A stretch of 64,000 bases of DNA from Synechococcus sp. (GTDB lineage Bacteria > Cyanobacteriota > Cyanobacteriia > PCC-6307 > Cyanobiaceae). This document shows positions 23,137 through 32,873 of the stretch, piece by piece (position 1 is the first letter of the stretch; every line of letters begins with the position of its first letter). The notes beneath the pieces were generated by a model. The model worked only from the letters and a program-made list of their open reading frames with translations. It was not told the DNA's origin and made no database searches. Location: positions 96,001-160,000 of the forward strand of contig JBJBCN010000002.1 of NCBI GenBank assembly GCA_047285805.1, given 5' to 3'. A program made the translations under genes and the position numbers.

Positions 23137-23379
23137 CTACCCCCCCCCCTTGCAGTGGTCATACGCATCGATCTCGGCGATCTCCGGGATCGCACTCTCG
23201 ACGTAACCCCGCCTTTCTCCCTCAACGCAGTCGAGCAGGCGTTGGGTTTGATTCACCGCAGGAAGAAGCCTGGCCATCAGAGCAACCAGCGCCACAAGGC
23301 CTATGCCGGCGAGAGCCAGGAACCAACGCTGAGCTGCCACCAGGAGCGCCTGCAAGGAGTCTGAGTACACGTTGGCCAT
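23137..23379 (-). CDS. small hypothetical membrane protein
   Basis: 80 aa, single TM; GAGGAG upstream of the ATG on the minus strand. Confidence 0.55.
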   Translation of the reverse strand: MANVYSDSLQALLVAAQRWFLALAGIGLVALVALMARLLPAVNQTQRLLDCVEGERRGYVESAIPEIAEIDAYDHCKGGG

Positions 23380-23582
23380 GAATCTCCTCTGTCCCTCAGG
23401 CGTGTATACCCCCAGGGGGGAGCTGGGTCCATGCGCCTACGTAATACGGCTTCACAAATTTGGGCCGGGAATGCAGGCCCCTAGTTGCTGGACACCTACT
23501 TGCACTCCTGAGCCGCCCTCTGGGCTAGCCCGTTTATAAGGCACCAGCCAGGGCTAGAACAGACGTAGACAAGGAGAGGTTG

Positions 23583-23729
23583 ATGGAACCACTCACGGAC
23601 GGCATCCTCATCGCGCTGTTCCTCTGGGCGACGGTTGCCGCAATCAAGAAGGGCTCCTGGAAGAAGCCGGACCCGTCTTGCCACGTGTACATCCGACGAG
23701 GCGATGACAAACCCGTGGCGGACTGCTGA
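23583..23729 (+). CDS. 48-aa membrane peptide (below the ORF-track cutoff)
   Basis: AGGAGAGG RBS then MEPLTDGILIALFLWATVAAIKKGSWKKPDPSCHVYIRRGDDKPVADC*. Confidence 0.55.
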   Translation: MEPLTDGILIALFLWATVAAIKKGSWKKPDPSCHVYIRRGDDKPVADC

Positions 23730-23851
23730 CCTTTCTCTTTGTCGTCCTGGTCTGTTACTGATTTAGGTCGGTAATTGTGCTGCTTTCCTGTGTATCCATC
23801 GGACTTAGAACGGCAATAGACGCCCTCTGGTGAGTTGCGTCTTGGGGAGGG

Positions 23852-23879
23852 AGGCGGTGTTGGCGCACCGCCTTTTTTA
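23852..23879 (+). terminator. rho-independent terminator
   Basis: aggcggtg-ttggcg-caccgcct followed by a T-run. Confidence 0.7.
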
Positions 23880-24039
23880 TGTGCTTCGAGGTTGAGTGCT
23901 TTTGCTGGTGTCGTCTACCTGCTGGGCGACCTATGAAGGGTTCAGACCCCAAGAGACCTGCCTTCGTTCAGACGGGTCGGGTGCCAAGGGCGGCTTCCTG
24001 GGGTGAGCTGAGTCAAGGGGTGGCCCGGGCTATCGGCAA

Positions 24040-24444
24040 ATGCTTCGAAATAGCTCTTGCTCAGGCTTCAGTCGAGATAGAGCCCGCCGCAGTTTGCTTA
24101 GAGGGCCTGGTAGGTGGCCATCAGACTCCGGGGCTGGGTGACCATCATCAAAGTCGCGGGTGGCTGGGGTATGGCTTTGGCTTGCACCAACAGGCTGCCG
24201 CCGTTGCCCTGCACGAGGCGGTCCTTGCAAATCAGCACGTCGGCCTGTTTCTCGGCCAGCTTCTGGAGACCTTCCTCTTGGGTGGTCACCGCTCCGACGA
24301 TTTCAGGTCCAGGTTGCAGGGCCAAGATGAACAAGGTCAGGGCCAGCCTGGAGCCGCTGCAGACCACGATGCGGGAGTGGCCCAGCAGCGCGTTGCCTCC
24401 CGCCACGTTGTCCCGCACGGCCGCAAGAGAAGGGTGTAGTCCAT
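24040..24444 (-). pseudogene. degraded response regulator (receiver-like, probably NarL/LuxR type)
   Basis: ATG 24444 (MDYT) is one base out of frame with ...IVGAVTTQEEGL..ADVLICKDRLVQGNG; in-frame TAA at 24098-24100, then ANCGGLYLD*; no HTH seen. Confidence 0.6.
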
Positions 24445-24568
24445 CGCGAAGGGGAGCCCCCTTTCGCTGTGTGCACGGGCGACGGTCTTAGCAGCTCATT
24501 ACGCCTATCCGCACTCGTCAGGCCCGGCCGGGCTCAGCACAATCGATTGGCTCACCCGGCTCAGTGTG

Positions 24569-24892
24569 ATGGCGTTCTTTGAATCCGAGATCGTTCAAGA
24601 GGAAGCCAAGCGCCTGTTCGGCGACTACCAGCAGCTGATGGAGCTGGGCGGGGAGTACGGCAAGTTCGATCGGGAAGGCAAGAAGCTCTTCATCGAGCGC
24701 ATGGAGGCGCTGATGGACAGCTACCGCGTCTTTATGAAGCGCTTTGAGCTCTCCGATGACTTCCAGGCCAAGCTCACCGTTGAGCAGCTCCGCACGCAGC
24801 TTAGCCAGTTCGGGATGACCCCCGATCAGATGTTTGAGCAGATGCAATGCACTCTGGATCGCATGAAGGGGGAGTTGGAAGCCGAATCCTGA
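24569..24892 (+). CDS. DUF1825 family protein
   Basis: MAFFESEIVQEEAKRLF..YGKFDREGKK. Confidence 0.85.
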   Translation: MAFFESEIVQEEAKRLFGDYQQLMELGGEYGKFDREGKKLFIERMEALMDSYRVFMKRFELSDDFQAKLTVEQLRTQLSQFGMTPDQMFEQMQCTLDRMKGELEAES

Positions 24893-24934
24893 GCGTCGTC
24901 TGCGTACGATCCGACCCCAGACAGCAGGGCAGAC

Positions 24935-26197
24935 ATGGCCAAGGGCGAGTGGGGACTGCCGCAGTGGTTAGAGCGCGGTGTCGCTGACCTCTTCCCCACG
25001 GGCACGGAAGCCGCTGATGCCGACCAACAGCTCGCAGCCCGTCTCGCACAGGCTGCGAAGGAGGGGCGTTCCCTGAGGATCAAGCTCGGCATCGACCCTA
25101 CCGGCAGTGACATTCACCTGGGTCACTCGATCCTCTTCCGCAAGCTGCGGGCCTTCCAGGATGCGGGCCACACCGCTGTTCTGATCATTGGCGACTTCAC
25201 CGCGCGCATCGGTGACCCCACGGGCAAAAGTGCCACCCGCGTTCAGCTGACGGCTGATCAGGTCGAGGCCAACGCCCGCACCTATCTCCAGCAGCTGGGT
25301 CAGGGCCAGGATCCCGCCCACGCCCTGCTGGATTTCGAGACCCCGGGTCGCCTGGAGGTCCGCCGCAACAGCGAATGGCTGGCCTCCCTCGATCTGCCCA
25401 AGGTGATCGAGTTATTGGGGATCTCCACCGTCGGTCAGATGCTGGCCAAGGAGGACTTCGCTAACCGCTACGGCTCCGGCACCCCGATCTCCCTGCACGA
25501 ATTCCTCTATCCGCTGCTGCAGGGCTACGACTCCGTGGCTGTTCAGGCCGACTTGGAACTGGGGGGCATGGACCAGAAGTTCAACGTGGCCATGGGCCGT
25601 GACCTGCAGCGTCATTTCGGCCAGCGCACCCAGTTCGGGATGCTCCTGCCGATCCTGGCGGGCCTCGATGGCGTCCAGAAGATGAGCAAGAGCCTCGGGA
25701 ACACCGTCGGCCTGGCGGAGGATCCGCTCTCGATGTACTCGAAGCTCGAGAAGGTGCCCGATGCGGCGGTGCAGGAGTACCTCACCCTGCTGACCAACTT
25801 GGATCTGACGGCCCTGCCGGATAACCCGCGGGAGCGTCAAAAGGCCATGGCTCTGGAGGTGACCCGCCAGAGTCACGGTGAGGCGGCGGCCCAGCAGGCC
25901 CAGGCGGATGCGGGCAAGTTGGTCGGTGGTGCCAAGGGAAGCGGTGCGGCTGATGCCGAGGTCCCGGAGGCCTCACTTGCCGAGGTGAACTTCCCGGCGA
26001 AGGCCTTCTATCTGCTCAGTGCCGTCGGCATCTGTGCCAGCAGCAGCGAGGCGCGCCGCCAAATCCAAGGCGGTGGAGTCAAGCTCGACGGCGAGAAATT
26101 GGCGGACCCCAACCAGGAATTTGCTGCTGCAGCCGAGCTTGAGGGCAAGGTGCTGCAGCTCGGTAAAAAGACCTTCCGGCGGCTGGTGGCGGGGTAG
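24935..26197 (+). CDS. tyrS: tyrosine--tRNA ligase
   Basis: [15 protein letters not shown] (HIGH-like), KMSKS, C-terminal S4 domain. Confidence 0.97.
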   Translation: MAKGEWGLPQWLERGVADLFPTGTEAADADQQLAARLAQAAKEGRSLRIKLGIDPTGSDIHLGHSILFRKLRAFQDAGHTAVLIIGDFTARIGDPTGKSATRVQLTADQVEANARTYLQQLGQGQDPAHALLDFETPGRLEVRRNSEWLASLDLPKVIELLGISTVGQMLAKEDFANRYGSGTPISLHEFLYPLLQGYDSVAVQADLELGGMDQKFNVAMGRDLQRHFGQRTQFGMLLPILAGLDGVQKMSKSLGNTVGLAEDPLSMYSKLEKVPDAAVQEYLTLLTNLDLTALPDNPRERQKAMALEVTRQSHGEAAAQQAQADAGKLVGGAKGSGAADAEVPEASLAEVNFPAKAFYLLSAVGICASSSEARRQIQGGGVKLDGEKLADPNQEFAAAAELEGKVLQLGKKTFRRLVAG

Positions 26198-26251
26198 ACC
26201 GCGCTCACCACAACCTCTGCAGCTCCCCCGCCCTTGGTTGGGTTTTGTGAT

Positions 26252-26665
26252 CTAGAGGCTGCGCAGCACCGCCAGATCTTCCGCATCCAATGGCGTCGGG
26301 ATGCCATGCTCGAGCTGGTCTGCGAAACCGCCATCCCGGCTGAGGACCGTGATTAGATAAACCCGTCCTGGCCCAGGATTCTCCAGGTCATGGACAGCGT
26401 CGCCGGGGACGCTCACGAAGTCCCCGCCGCTGGCGGTGATGGAGGCGTTACCCACGTGGAAGACGACCGTGCCGCGCAGCACAAAGAAGAGCTCCGCCGC
26501 CTGGTGATGACTGTGGGCCGGGACCCGATCGCAGGGGTCATGCACCTCCAGGAATTGGGTGCAGCCACCGGCTTCCGGCTTGCTGAGCAGTGCGAGGCGG
26601 CAGTGGTCATCGTTGCCCAGTCGGTAGCCCTGGAGCTGCTCGGGATGCAGGACCCTTGGACCCAT
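26252..26665 (-). CDS. cupin domain protein
   Basis: PAHSHHQAAELFFVLRG...GDFVSVP..VHDLEN. Confidence 0.85.
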   Translation of the reverse strand: MGPRVLHPEQLQGYRLGNDDHCRLALLSKPEAGGCTQFLEVHDPCDRVPAHSHHQAAELFFVLRGTVVFHVGNASITASGGDFVSVPGDAVHDLENPGPGRVYLITVLSRDGGFADQLEHGIPTPLDAEDLAVLRSL

Positions 26666-26760
26666 TGGCGTGGCTAGGCGTTGCCCCCATGCTGGGTCTC
26701 CTCCTGGGAACGCGCCAGGACAGTTCGTAGCCTGAGATCTCCATTGAGGGCGAATCTCCC

Positions 26761-27477
26761 GTGACCAGGCCTGCCGCCGAGCGGATCATCGTTGCCCTCG
26801 ACGGGATGGCCCCCGAGCAAGCCCTGGCCTTCAGCCGTAGCGTGCAGGGGTTGCGCTGGGTGAAGGTCGGCCTGGAGCTCTTCCTTCAGGCGGGTCCGGA
26901 CGTGGTGGCCCAGCTGCGGGAGCATGGTCAGCGGGTCTTCCTCGACCTGAAGTTCCACGACATTCCCGTCACCATGGCCGGCGCCTGCAGGCGCGCTGCA
27001 GCCCTGGGGGCGGAGCTGATCACCGTTCATGCCTGCGCCGGCAGTGAAGCTCTGCGGGCGGCCCAGGCCGCGGCCTGCGAGGGCGCCCAAGCGGCCGGTT
27101 TAGCTACCCCCACCCTGCTGGCGGTCACTGTGCTGACCAGTTGGGAGGAGCAGCGCCTGCAGCGGGAATTGGCCCTGTCTCAGACCATTGCCGAGCGGGT
27201 GCCATTCCTGGCGCAGCTGGCGGCTAGCGCCGGCATTGGCGGTTGCGTCTGCTCGCCCCTGGAGGCCGCCAGTCTGAGAGTGCAACACTCCGAACCGTTT
27301 GCCTTGGTGACCCCAGGGATTCGTCCCAAGGGCAGTGCTGTGGGGGATCAAGCCCGGGTTCTCGGTCCCGCTGAGGCCATCGCCGCCGGCGCCTCGCAGC
27401 TCGTCATCGGCCGCCCGATCACCAAGGCCGAGGACCCCTCGGAGGCCTTCGCCGCCTGCTGCGCCGAGCTGGCCTAG
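26761..27477 (+). CDS. pyrF: orotidine-5'-phosphate decarboxylase
   Basis: [31 protein letters not shown]. Confidence 0.97.
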   Translation: MTRPAAERIIVALDGMAPEQALAFSRSVQGLRWVKVGLELFLQAGPDVVAQLREHGQRVFLDLKFHDIPVTMAGACRRAAALGAELITVHACAGSEALRAAQAAACEGAQAAGLATPTLLAVTVLTSWEEQRLQRELALSQTIAERVPFLAQLAASAGIGGCVCSPLEAASLRVQHSEPFALVTPGIRPKGSAVGDQARVLGPAEAIAAGASQLVIGRPITKAEDPSEAFAACCAELA

Positions 27478-28634
27478 GTGAGGACTGAACCGGCGGGACT
27501 GAGCTCGCCGTAGAGCCGCTCCAGCTGGTCGATGTTTTGCGTGAGGGTGTAGCGCTCAAGGGCCCGTTGGCGGGCGCGCCGTCCCAGTTCTTTTGTGAGG
27601 ATCGGTTGGTCCCGCAGGACCGGCAGCAGGGTGCGCAGCTGGGTGGTCACCCCTTGGGTGCTGATCACGACGCCGGCGCCGCCCTCCAGCACCTCCCCAT
27701 CGGCGCCCGCATCGGTGGCGACGCAGGCGGTACCACTGGCCATGGCCTCAAGTAGGGCCAAGGAGAGCCCCTCCACGAGGGAAGGCAAGAGGAAGATCTC
27801 GGCGAGCTGCAGCAGGGCCAAGCGGACGGTTTGGTCGGGTTCATGGCCCCACCAGAGGATCCCGACATCCTCGCCGTAGTTCTGCATCAGCGACTGGCGC
27901 ATCGGGCCATCGCCCACCACCACCAGCTGGCAGCCGCTCGGCTGGACCAACCTCCAAGCTCGCAGTAGCGCTTCGACGTTTTTCTCCGTCGCGATCCGCC
28001 CCATGTACAGGAACACCCGCTGGCCGCTGAAGCGTTGGCGCAGCTCTTGGAGTTGCAGGGAAGGCTCAGCAGGGTTGCCCGGATTCCAACGCTGGGGATC
28101 CACCCCGTTGGGAATGACCGCCAGGCGATGGCTGGGGACCCCGAGCCGCATGAGCACATCGGCCTGCAATTCCGAGAAGACCACCACCCGGTCGTACTTG
28201 GCCAGGGAGGGGGCGTAGAGCTGATAGGTCAGTTGTTGGGTGCCAGCGCTGAGGTTGCGCAGACTCGCGTCAAACGGGGGGTGGAAGGTAGCGACCAGCG
28301 GTAATCCGAGCTGCTGGCAGAGCTCGGGGAGCCTGAAATCCAGGGGCGAGAGGGTCAAGCTGGCGTGCACCAGATCCGGCTGCAGACGCTCTAGCGATTC
28401 CCGCAGTTCCCGCTGGGCGCCCGGTGAAGGAATCGTGTACACCTGCGACTTGACCAGATACGGCAGCACGACGTCGGGGCTGGTGGCCGTGTCCGAGGTG
28501 GTTGTGCCGGAGCTGTCGAAGTGAATGAAGCTGATCTCGTGGCCACGATCCCGCAGGGCCTCGGTGGTGGTCAGGCCGTAGGTGACGTTGCCGCAGAAGG
28601 GTGACTTTTTGCCCAGCCAGGCGATATGGGTCAC
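27474..28634 (-). CDS. GT4 glycosyltransferase, probably DGDG synthase (DgdA/Ycf82-like)
   Basis: [18 protein letters not shown]-terminus; [21 protein letters not shown]4 motif; start at GTG 28634. Confidence 0.8.
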   Translation of the reverse strand: MTHIAWLGKKSPFCGNVTYGLTTTEALRDRGHEISFIHFDSSGTTTSDTATSPDVVLPYLVKSQVYTIPSPGAQRELRESLERLQPDLVHASLTLSPLDFRLPELCQQLGLPLVATFHPPFDASLRNLSAGTQQLTYQLYAPSLAKYDRVVVFSELQADVLMRLGVPSHRLAVIPNGVDPQRWNPGNPAEPSLQLQELRQRFSGQRVFLYMGRIATEKNVEALLRAWRLVQPSGCQLVVVGDGPMRQSLMQNYGEDVGILWWGHEPDQTVRLALLQLAEIFLLPSLVEGLSLALLEAMASGTACVATDAGADGEVLEGGAGVVISTQGVTTQLRTLLPVLRDQPILTKELGRRARQRALERYTLTQNIDQLERLYGELSPAGSVLT

Positions 28635-28662
28635 GCAGCGGCTATTCGACCAAGAGTCGAAA

Positions 28663-30012
28663 TTAGCAGCGTTTCCACGGCTGCTCGAGCAGCGCGGCGG
28701 CAACCGCCAGGCCCGCCAATGCCCAGAGCACCGGCAGGAGTCCATAGCGGCTGACGATAGCTCCGGCCAGCACCAGCGGCAGGCTCAAGGCGATGTTGAT
28801 CAGGTTGTTCTGTAATCCGAAAACCTTGCCCCGCATCGATTCTGGGGTGTCTTCCTGGATGGTGGTCTGGGCGGGTATAGCCAGTAGAGCGGCGCCGATG
28901 CCGAGCACCGCGCAGAGGGTGAGGGTGAAGCCCAGGCTGCCGCGGAGTTGCCCGAGCAGCACCAGGCTCCAGGCGATGGTCCCCAGGCCGGCGGAGGCAA
29001 GGCGACGGCGCTTGAAGCGATGGCCTATCTGTGCCACGGCGACGGCGCCCAGGGCAAGGCCGATGCCACTCATCGCCAGCAGGGTGCCGAATTGGGTGGG
29101 ACCTAGCTGACGAATCGCGGAGGCCAGGCTGATGGCCAGTACATAGAGCGCCGCTAGAAGGCTGTAAAGCAGCACCAGCTGGAGCATGGCGCTGCGCACG
29201 CTGGGGCGCTGCTTGAGCACCTCTAGGCCGTCGGTGATCTCTCGCCAGATGTTCTCGTCATGGCTGCGCTGCGGGGTTTCCTCGACGCGGATCCAGGCAA
29301 TCGATAGGGCCGCCAGGCCGTAGCAGAGGGGCAGCAGCGCGAACTCGCCGTTGGCGACGCCCAGAGCCCCTAGGCCGTATTTCAGAGCCCGCAGAATCGG
29401 ATCGCCCAGGGCGAAGCCGACGATCGTGGCGGCCATGCTTGTGGCTTGGTATAGCGAGTTCGCCGCCAGCAACTGGCGCGTGGGAACCAGCATGGGGATC
29501 GCGGCCTGTTCCGCAGGGGCGAAGAACTGGGTCAGCACCGACTCCAGAAAGGTGATGACCAGGAGGGCCCAATAGCCCCAGCTCAGTCCTAGCCAATGGG
29601 GACCATCCAGCAGGCAGAACGGCGTCAGAAGGGCCAGGCCAGCGCGGATGCCGTTGCTGGCCACCATCACTTCTCGTTTGCGCCAGCGATCGGCCCAAAC
29701 CCCAGCCACTAGTCCAAGCACCATGGCTGGGATGGTGTTGGCGACGTAGATCCCGGTGGCGAGCAGGGTGATCCATTGGGCCCGGCCTTCGATGCTCAGG
29801 TTGAAGGCCCCGGCGGCCTCCACGAGCGCTCCGCCCTCCGGTGGTGTCGCCACCGCCCAGTACTGGGCGATCAGGAAGACCATCAAGACGATGTAGAACT
29901 TGTCCGCTAGCTGGCTGAAGATCTGCCCAAGCCAGAGCTTGCGGAATTCGGGCAAGGCCAAGACCCCTTGCAGTCCCGTGTTTTTTCCTGGAGACCGCGG
30001 GGCGTCGCTCAC
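28663..30012 (-). CDS. MFS transporter
   Basis: FRKLWLGQIFSQLAD, GVWADRW, many TM segments; start estimated. Confidence 0.88.
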   Translation of the reverse strand: MSDAPRSPGKNTGLQGVLALPEFRKLWLGQIFSQLADKFYIVLMVFLIAQYWAVATPPEGGALVEAAGAFNLSIEGRAQWITLLATGIYVANTIPAMVLGLVAGVWADRWRKREVMVASNGIRAGLALLTPFCLLDGPHWLGLSWGYWALLVITFLESVLTQFFAPAEQAAIPMLVPTRQLLAANSLYQATSMAATIVGFALGDPILRALKYGLGALGVANGEFALLPLCYGLAALSIAWIRVEETPQRSHDENIWREITDGLEVLKQRPSVRSAMLQLVLLYSLLAALYVLAISLASAIRQLGPTQFGTLLAMSGIGLALGAVAVAQIGHRFKRRRLASAGLGTIAWSLVLLGQLRGSLGFTLTLCAVLGIGAALLAIPAQTTIQEDTPESMRGKVFGLQNNLINIALSLPLVLAGAIVSRYGLLPVLWALAGLAVAAALLEQPWKRC

Positions 30013-30017
30013 GTTCT

Positions 30018-30827
30018 TCAGGACCTTTCGGCTACCGATGATGCCCCATCGTTGAAGCACTGTCTCAACATCCGCCAGGAGCGGGCACTGCGGTTGAGGT
30101 GTTCGCGGCACCAGAGCTCGAGCATTTGCAGCAGCCGCAGCCAAACCCGCTCCGGTCCCATCAGTTCTCCATCGCGCTTGCGGGGTAAGGCCTGCCGCAG
30201 CAGCCTCTGCAGCAGGGCGAGCTCGGAGGCATTGAGGACCATCTGGGCGCCGGGCACGGCACCGATGACAAAGCCTTCGCTGGGCAGCAGGCTGCAGCGC
30301 CACTCCCAGTTCCCCAGGGGCGGGTCCAGAGGGAGTCCGCTGCGGCAGCACTCCGCCAGGGGGAGGGCATAGCCCCCCAGGGCAAGCAGGTGGGTGAGGC
30401 CCTGAACGCTGATAGCCAGGGCTTCGAGGTTGTCCTGTTTGTCCTTCACCACCAACTCCAGCCGGGACAGCTGAACCAGCAGGTCCTCGAGGACCCCTTC
30501 AATCGCGTCGCCGCTGGGCACCAGCAGCAGTGCCACCTCCGCGAGGCCCTGGGCCGCTGCCAAGGTCTCCAGTCGTTCCGCCAGGTTGGAAAAGTTGCGC
30601 AGGACCCGCAGTTGGCGCACGCGCTTCAGGCCGCTGCGCCCCCCCACCTGCAGGCTGAGCACCGCCAGGGGGACGGCGGCGGCCAGGGAACTCTTGGGTT
30701 TGCGGGCCCCTGGGGCTGCCAGTCGCACCAAGCCTTCTTCGTTGCTCAGGAGCGTGATAAGCCGGTCGCTTTCCCCGAGGGGACTGCTGCGCAGCACCAG
30801 GCCCTCCAGCCGCTGTTCTGGGCTCAC
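30018..30827 (-). CDS. recO: DNA repair protein RecO
   Basis: GLVLRSSPLGESDRLITLL..GARKPKS. Confidence 0.92.
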   Translation of the reverse strand: MSPEQRLEGLVLRSSPLGESDRLITLLSNEEGLVRLAAPGARKPKSSLAAAVPLAVLSLQVGGRSGLKRVRQLRVLRNFSNLAERLETLAAAQGLAEVALLLVPSGDAIEGVLEDLLVQLSRLELVVKDKQDNLEALAISVQGLTHLLALGGYALPLAECCRSGLPLDPPLGNWEWRCSLLPSEGFVIGAVPGAQMVLNASELALLQRLLRQALPRKRDGELMGPERVWLRLLQMLELWCREHLNRSARSWRMLRQCFNDGASSVAERS

Positions 30828-31495
30828 GCGTCCTTCGCCCGCAGGGCCTCCATCAAGGCCACCCCTCGGCTGGTGCCCAGCCGGCTGGCGCCCGCTTCGA
30901 CGAGGGCATAGGCCTGCTCGAGGCTGCTGATGCCACCCGAGGCCTTAATGGCGGTGCGCCCCCGGGCGAGCTGGCGGAGCTGTTGGACCTGCTCGATGCT
31001 CGCGGCGGGTCCAAAACCACTGCTGGTCTTGAGCACGCTGGCGCCCACGTCGATGCTGGCTTCGACGGCCCACTCCAACACCTCTGGGGGCAGGCGCCCC
31101 ACCTCCAAGATCACCTTGAAGGGCAGCCCCAAGTCGGCGATTGGGGCCAGGTCCTCGCAGAACTGGGAACTGTTGCCATCGGCCAGGGCGCCAAAGTCCG
31201 GCACCACATCGAATTCATCTGCACCGGCGCTAGCGGCCCATTCCGCTTCCTGGCGTTTGATCTCCGCGGGGATGGCGCCAAAGGGGAAGCCGATCACGCT
31301 GATCAACTTCGGCCCCCGTCCGCCGCTGGGACCAAGCCGCTCGCGGGCGAGATCCAACCAGCGGGAGGCCAGGCAGACCCCGCCAAAGCCGAAGTGTTTG
31401 GCCTCGTCGCAGCAGCGCAGTACCGACTCGCGACCCTGATGGGGATCCAGCAGGGCGTGATCGATCAGGGGGGCGAGATCGGGCAGGTCGCGCAC
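30824..31495 (-). CDS. deoC: deoxyribose-phosphate aldolase
   Basis: LIDHALL, VIGFPFG, LKTSSGF, IKASGGI, RLGTS. Confidence 0.93.
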   Translation of the reverse strand: MRDLPDLAPLIDHALLDPHQGRESVLRCCDEAKHFGFGGVCLASRWLDLARERLGPSGGRGPKLISVIGFPFGAIPAEIKRQEAEWAASAGADEFDVVPDFGALADGNSSQFCEDLAPIADLGLPFKVILEVGRLPPEVLEWAVEASIDVGASVLKTSSGFGPAASIEQVQQLRQLARGRTAIKASGGISSLEQAYALVEAGASRLGTSRGVALMEALRAKDA

Positions 31496-31530
31496 GGTGG
31501 ACGCCGGAGGTTGACCTCCAGTGTCTGCGA

Positions 31531-32118
31531 TCAGGCCTTGGCCTGAATCACGCCAAAGCCTCCGTGGTTGCGCCGATAGACCACCTGCAGCTCACCGCTT
31601 TCGGCGTCGCGGAACATATAAAAGTCGTGGTCGATCAGCTCCAGCTGGTGCAGGGCCTCATCCAGGCCCATGGCGGCCATCGGGAAGTACTTGCGGCGCA
31701 CCCCCCGGCTGGGGAGGCCGGCTTCTTTGCCCTCCAGCAGGGAGCCGCTGATGCTGTCGTCGCCGGCCATCTCCACGACACTGGGAGTCTGGCTGGCGTG
31801 GTGACCGTGGCTGTGGTGGTGGTCGCCGTGGCGGTCCTTGTAGCGGCGTAGCTGCCGAGTCAGTTTCCCGGCCACCAAATCAATGCTGGCGTAGAGGTTC
31901 TCGCTGCGTTCTTGGGCGCGGATCACGGTGCCATTGGCGAAGACCGTCACCTCCGCGGTCTGTTGCGGAACCCGGGGATTGCGGGCTACCGAGAGATGCA
32001 CGTCCGCCTCTTTCACCATCCCGTCGAAATGACTGGTCGCGCGCTTCAGCTTCTCTTCGGTGTACTCGCGGATGGCTGGAGTGACCTCCAGATTGCGGCC
32101 GTGAATCACAAGCTTCAT
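31531..32118 (-). CDS. hpf: ribosome hibernation promoting factor (long HPF/LrtA)
   Basis: MKLVIHGRNLEVTPAIREY; C-terminal VVYRRNHGGFG. Confidence 0.94.
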   Translation of the reverse strand: MKLVIHGRNLEVTPAIREYTEEKLKRATSHFDGMVKEADVHLSVARNPRVPQQTAEVTVFANGTVIRAQERSENLYASIDLVAGKLTRQLRRYKDRHGDHHHSHGHHASQTPSVVEMAGDDSISGSLLEGKEAGLPSRGVRRKYFPMAAMGLDEALHQLELIDHDFYMFRDAESGELQVVYRRNHGGFGVIQAKA

Positions 32119-32165
32119 CCCTTGCCTCCTGGGCGATGGACCCTTTTAAACGCTAGGAACGGTCA

Positions 32166-32861
32166 GTGATTTCAACCACGGCCTCGCCCGCTCACGACGC
32201 AATCTGTTTCGAGCCCCCTGGCTGCGTTCCGTTTGCTCAGGGCTGGAGTTGGCAGCAGCAGTTGCAACGGCGGCTGCTGGAGAACCCCGATGGGCCTGAG
32301 GCGTTACTGCTGCTGGAGCACGAGCCCTGTTACACCCTGGGTCGCGGCGCTGACCCGGCCTTCCTGGGCTTTGATCCGGCAGATCCCCCGGCACCGCTGT
32401 TTCGGATTGATCGGGGCGGTGAAGTGACCCACCACTGCCCGGGGCAGTTGGTGCTCTATCCGGTGCTCAACCTGCAGCGCCACGGCGCTGACCTGCATCT
32501 TTACCTGCGAGAGCTGGAGGGGGTGGTGATCGCGTTGTTGGCCGAGCTGGGTCTGGAGGCTGGCCGGATTGAAGGGCTGACGGGGGTCTGGTTGGAGGGC
32601 CGCAAGGTGGCCGCCATTGGGGTCGGTGCCCGCCGCTGGATCAGTCAGCACGGCCTGGCCCTCAATGTCGAGGCGGATCTCGCTGGTTTTGCCGAAGTCG
32701 TGCCCTGCGGGATCGCCAATCGGGAGGTCGGGCGCCTGGTGGATTGGCGTCCGGAGCTCTCGGCGGCGGCCCTGCGGCCGCGGCTGCTGGAGACCTTTGC
32801 ACGTCGCTTTGGTTTGCAGTTGCGCCCGCCAACCCTTCAGGAGCAGCTCCAGGGGTGGTAA
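32166..32861 (+). CDS. lipB: lipoyl(octanoyl) transferase
   Basis: [33 protein letters not shown]. Confidence 0.95.
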   Translation: MISTTASPAHDAICFEPPGCVPFAQGWSWQQQLQRRLLENPDGPEALLLLEHEPCYTLGRGADPAFLGFDPADPPAPLFRIDRGGEVTHHCPGQLVLYPVLNLQRHGADLHLYLRELEGVVIALLAELGLEAGRIEGLTGVWLEGRKVAAIGVGARRWISQHGLALNVEADLAGFAEVVPCGIANREVGRLVDWRPELSAAALRPRLLETFARRFGLQLRPPTLQEQLQGW

Positions 32862-32873
32862 GAACGGTGCCAA

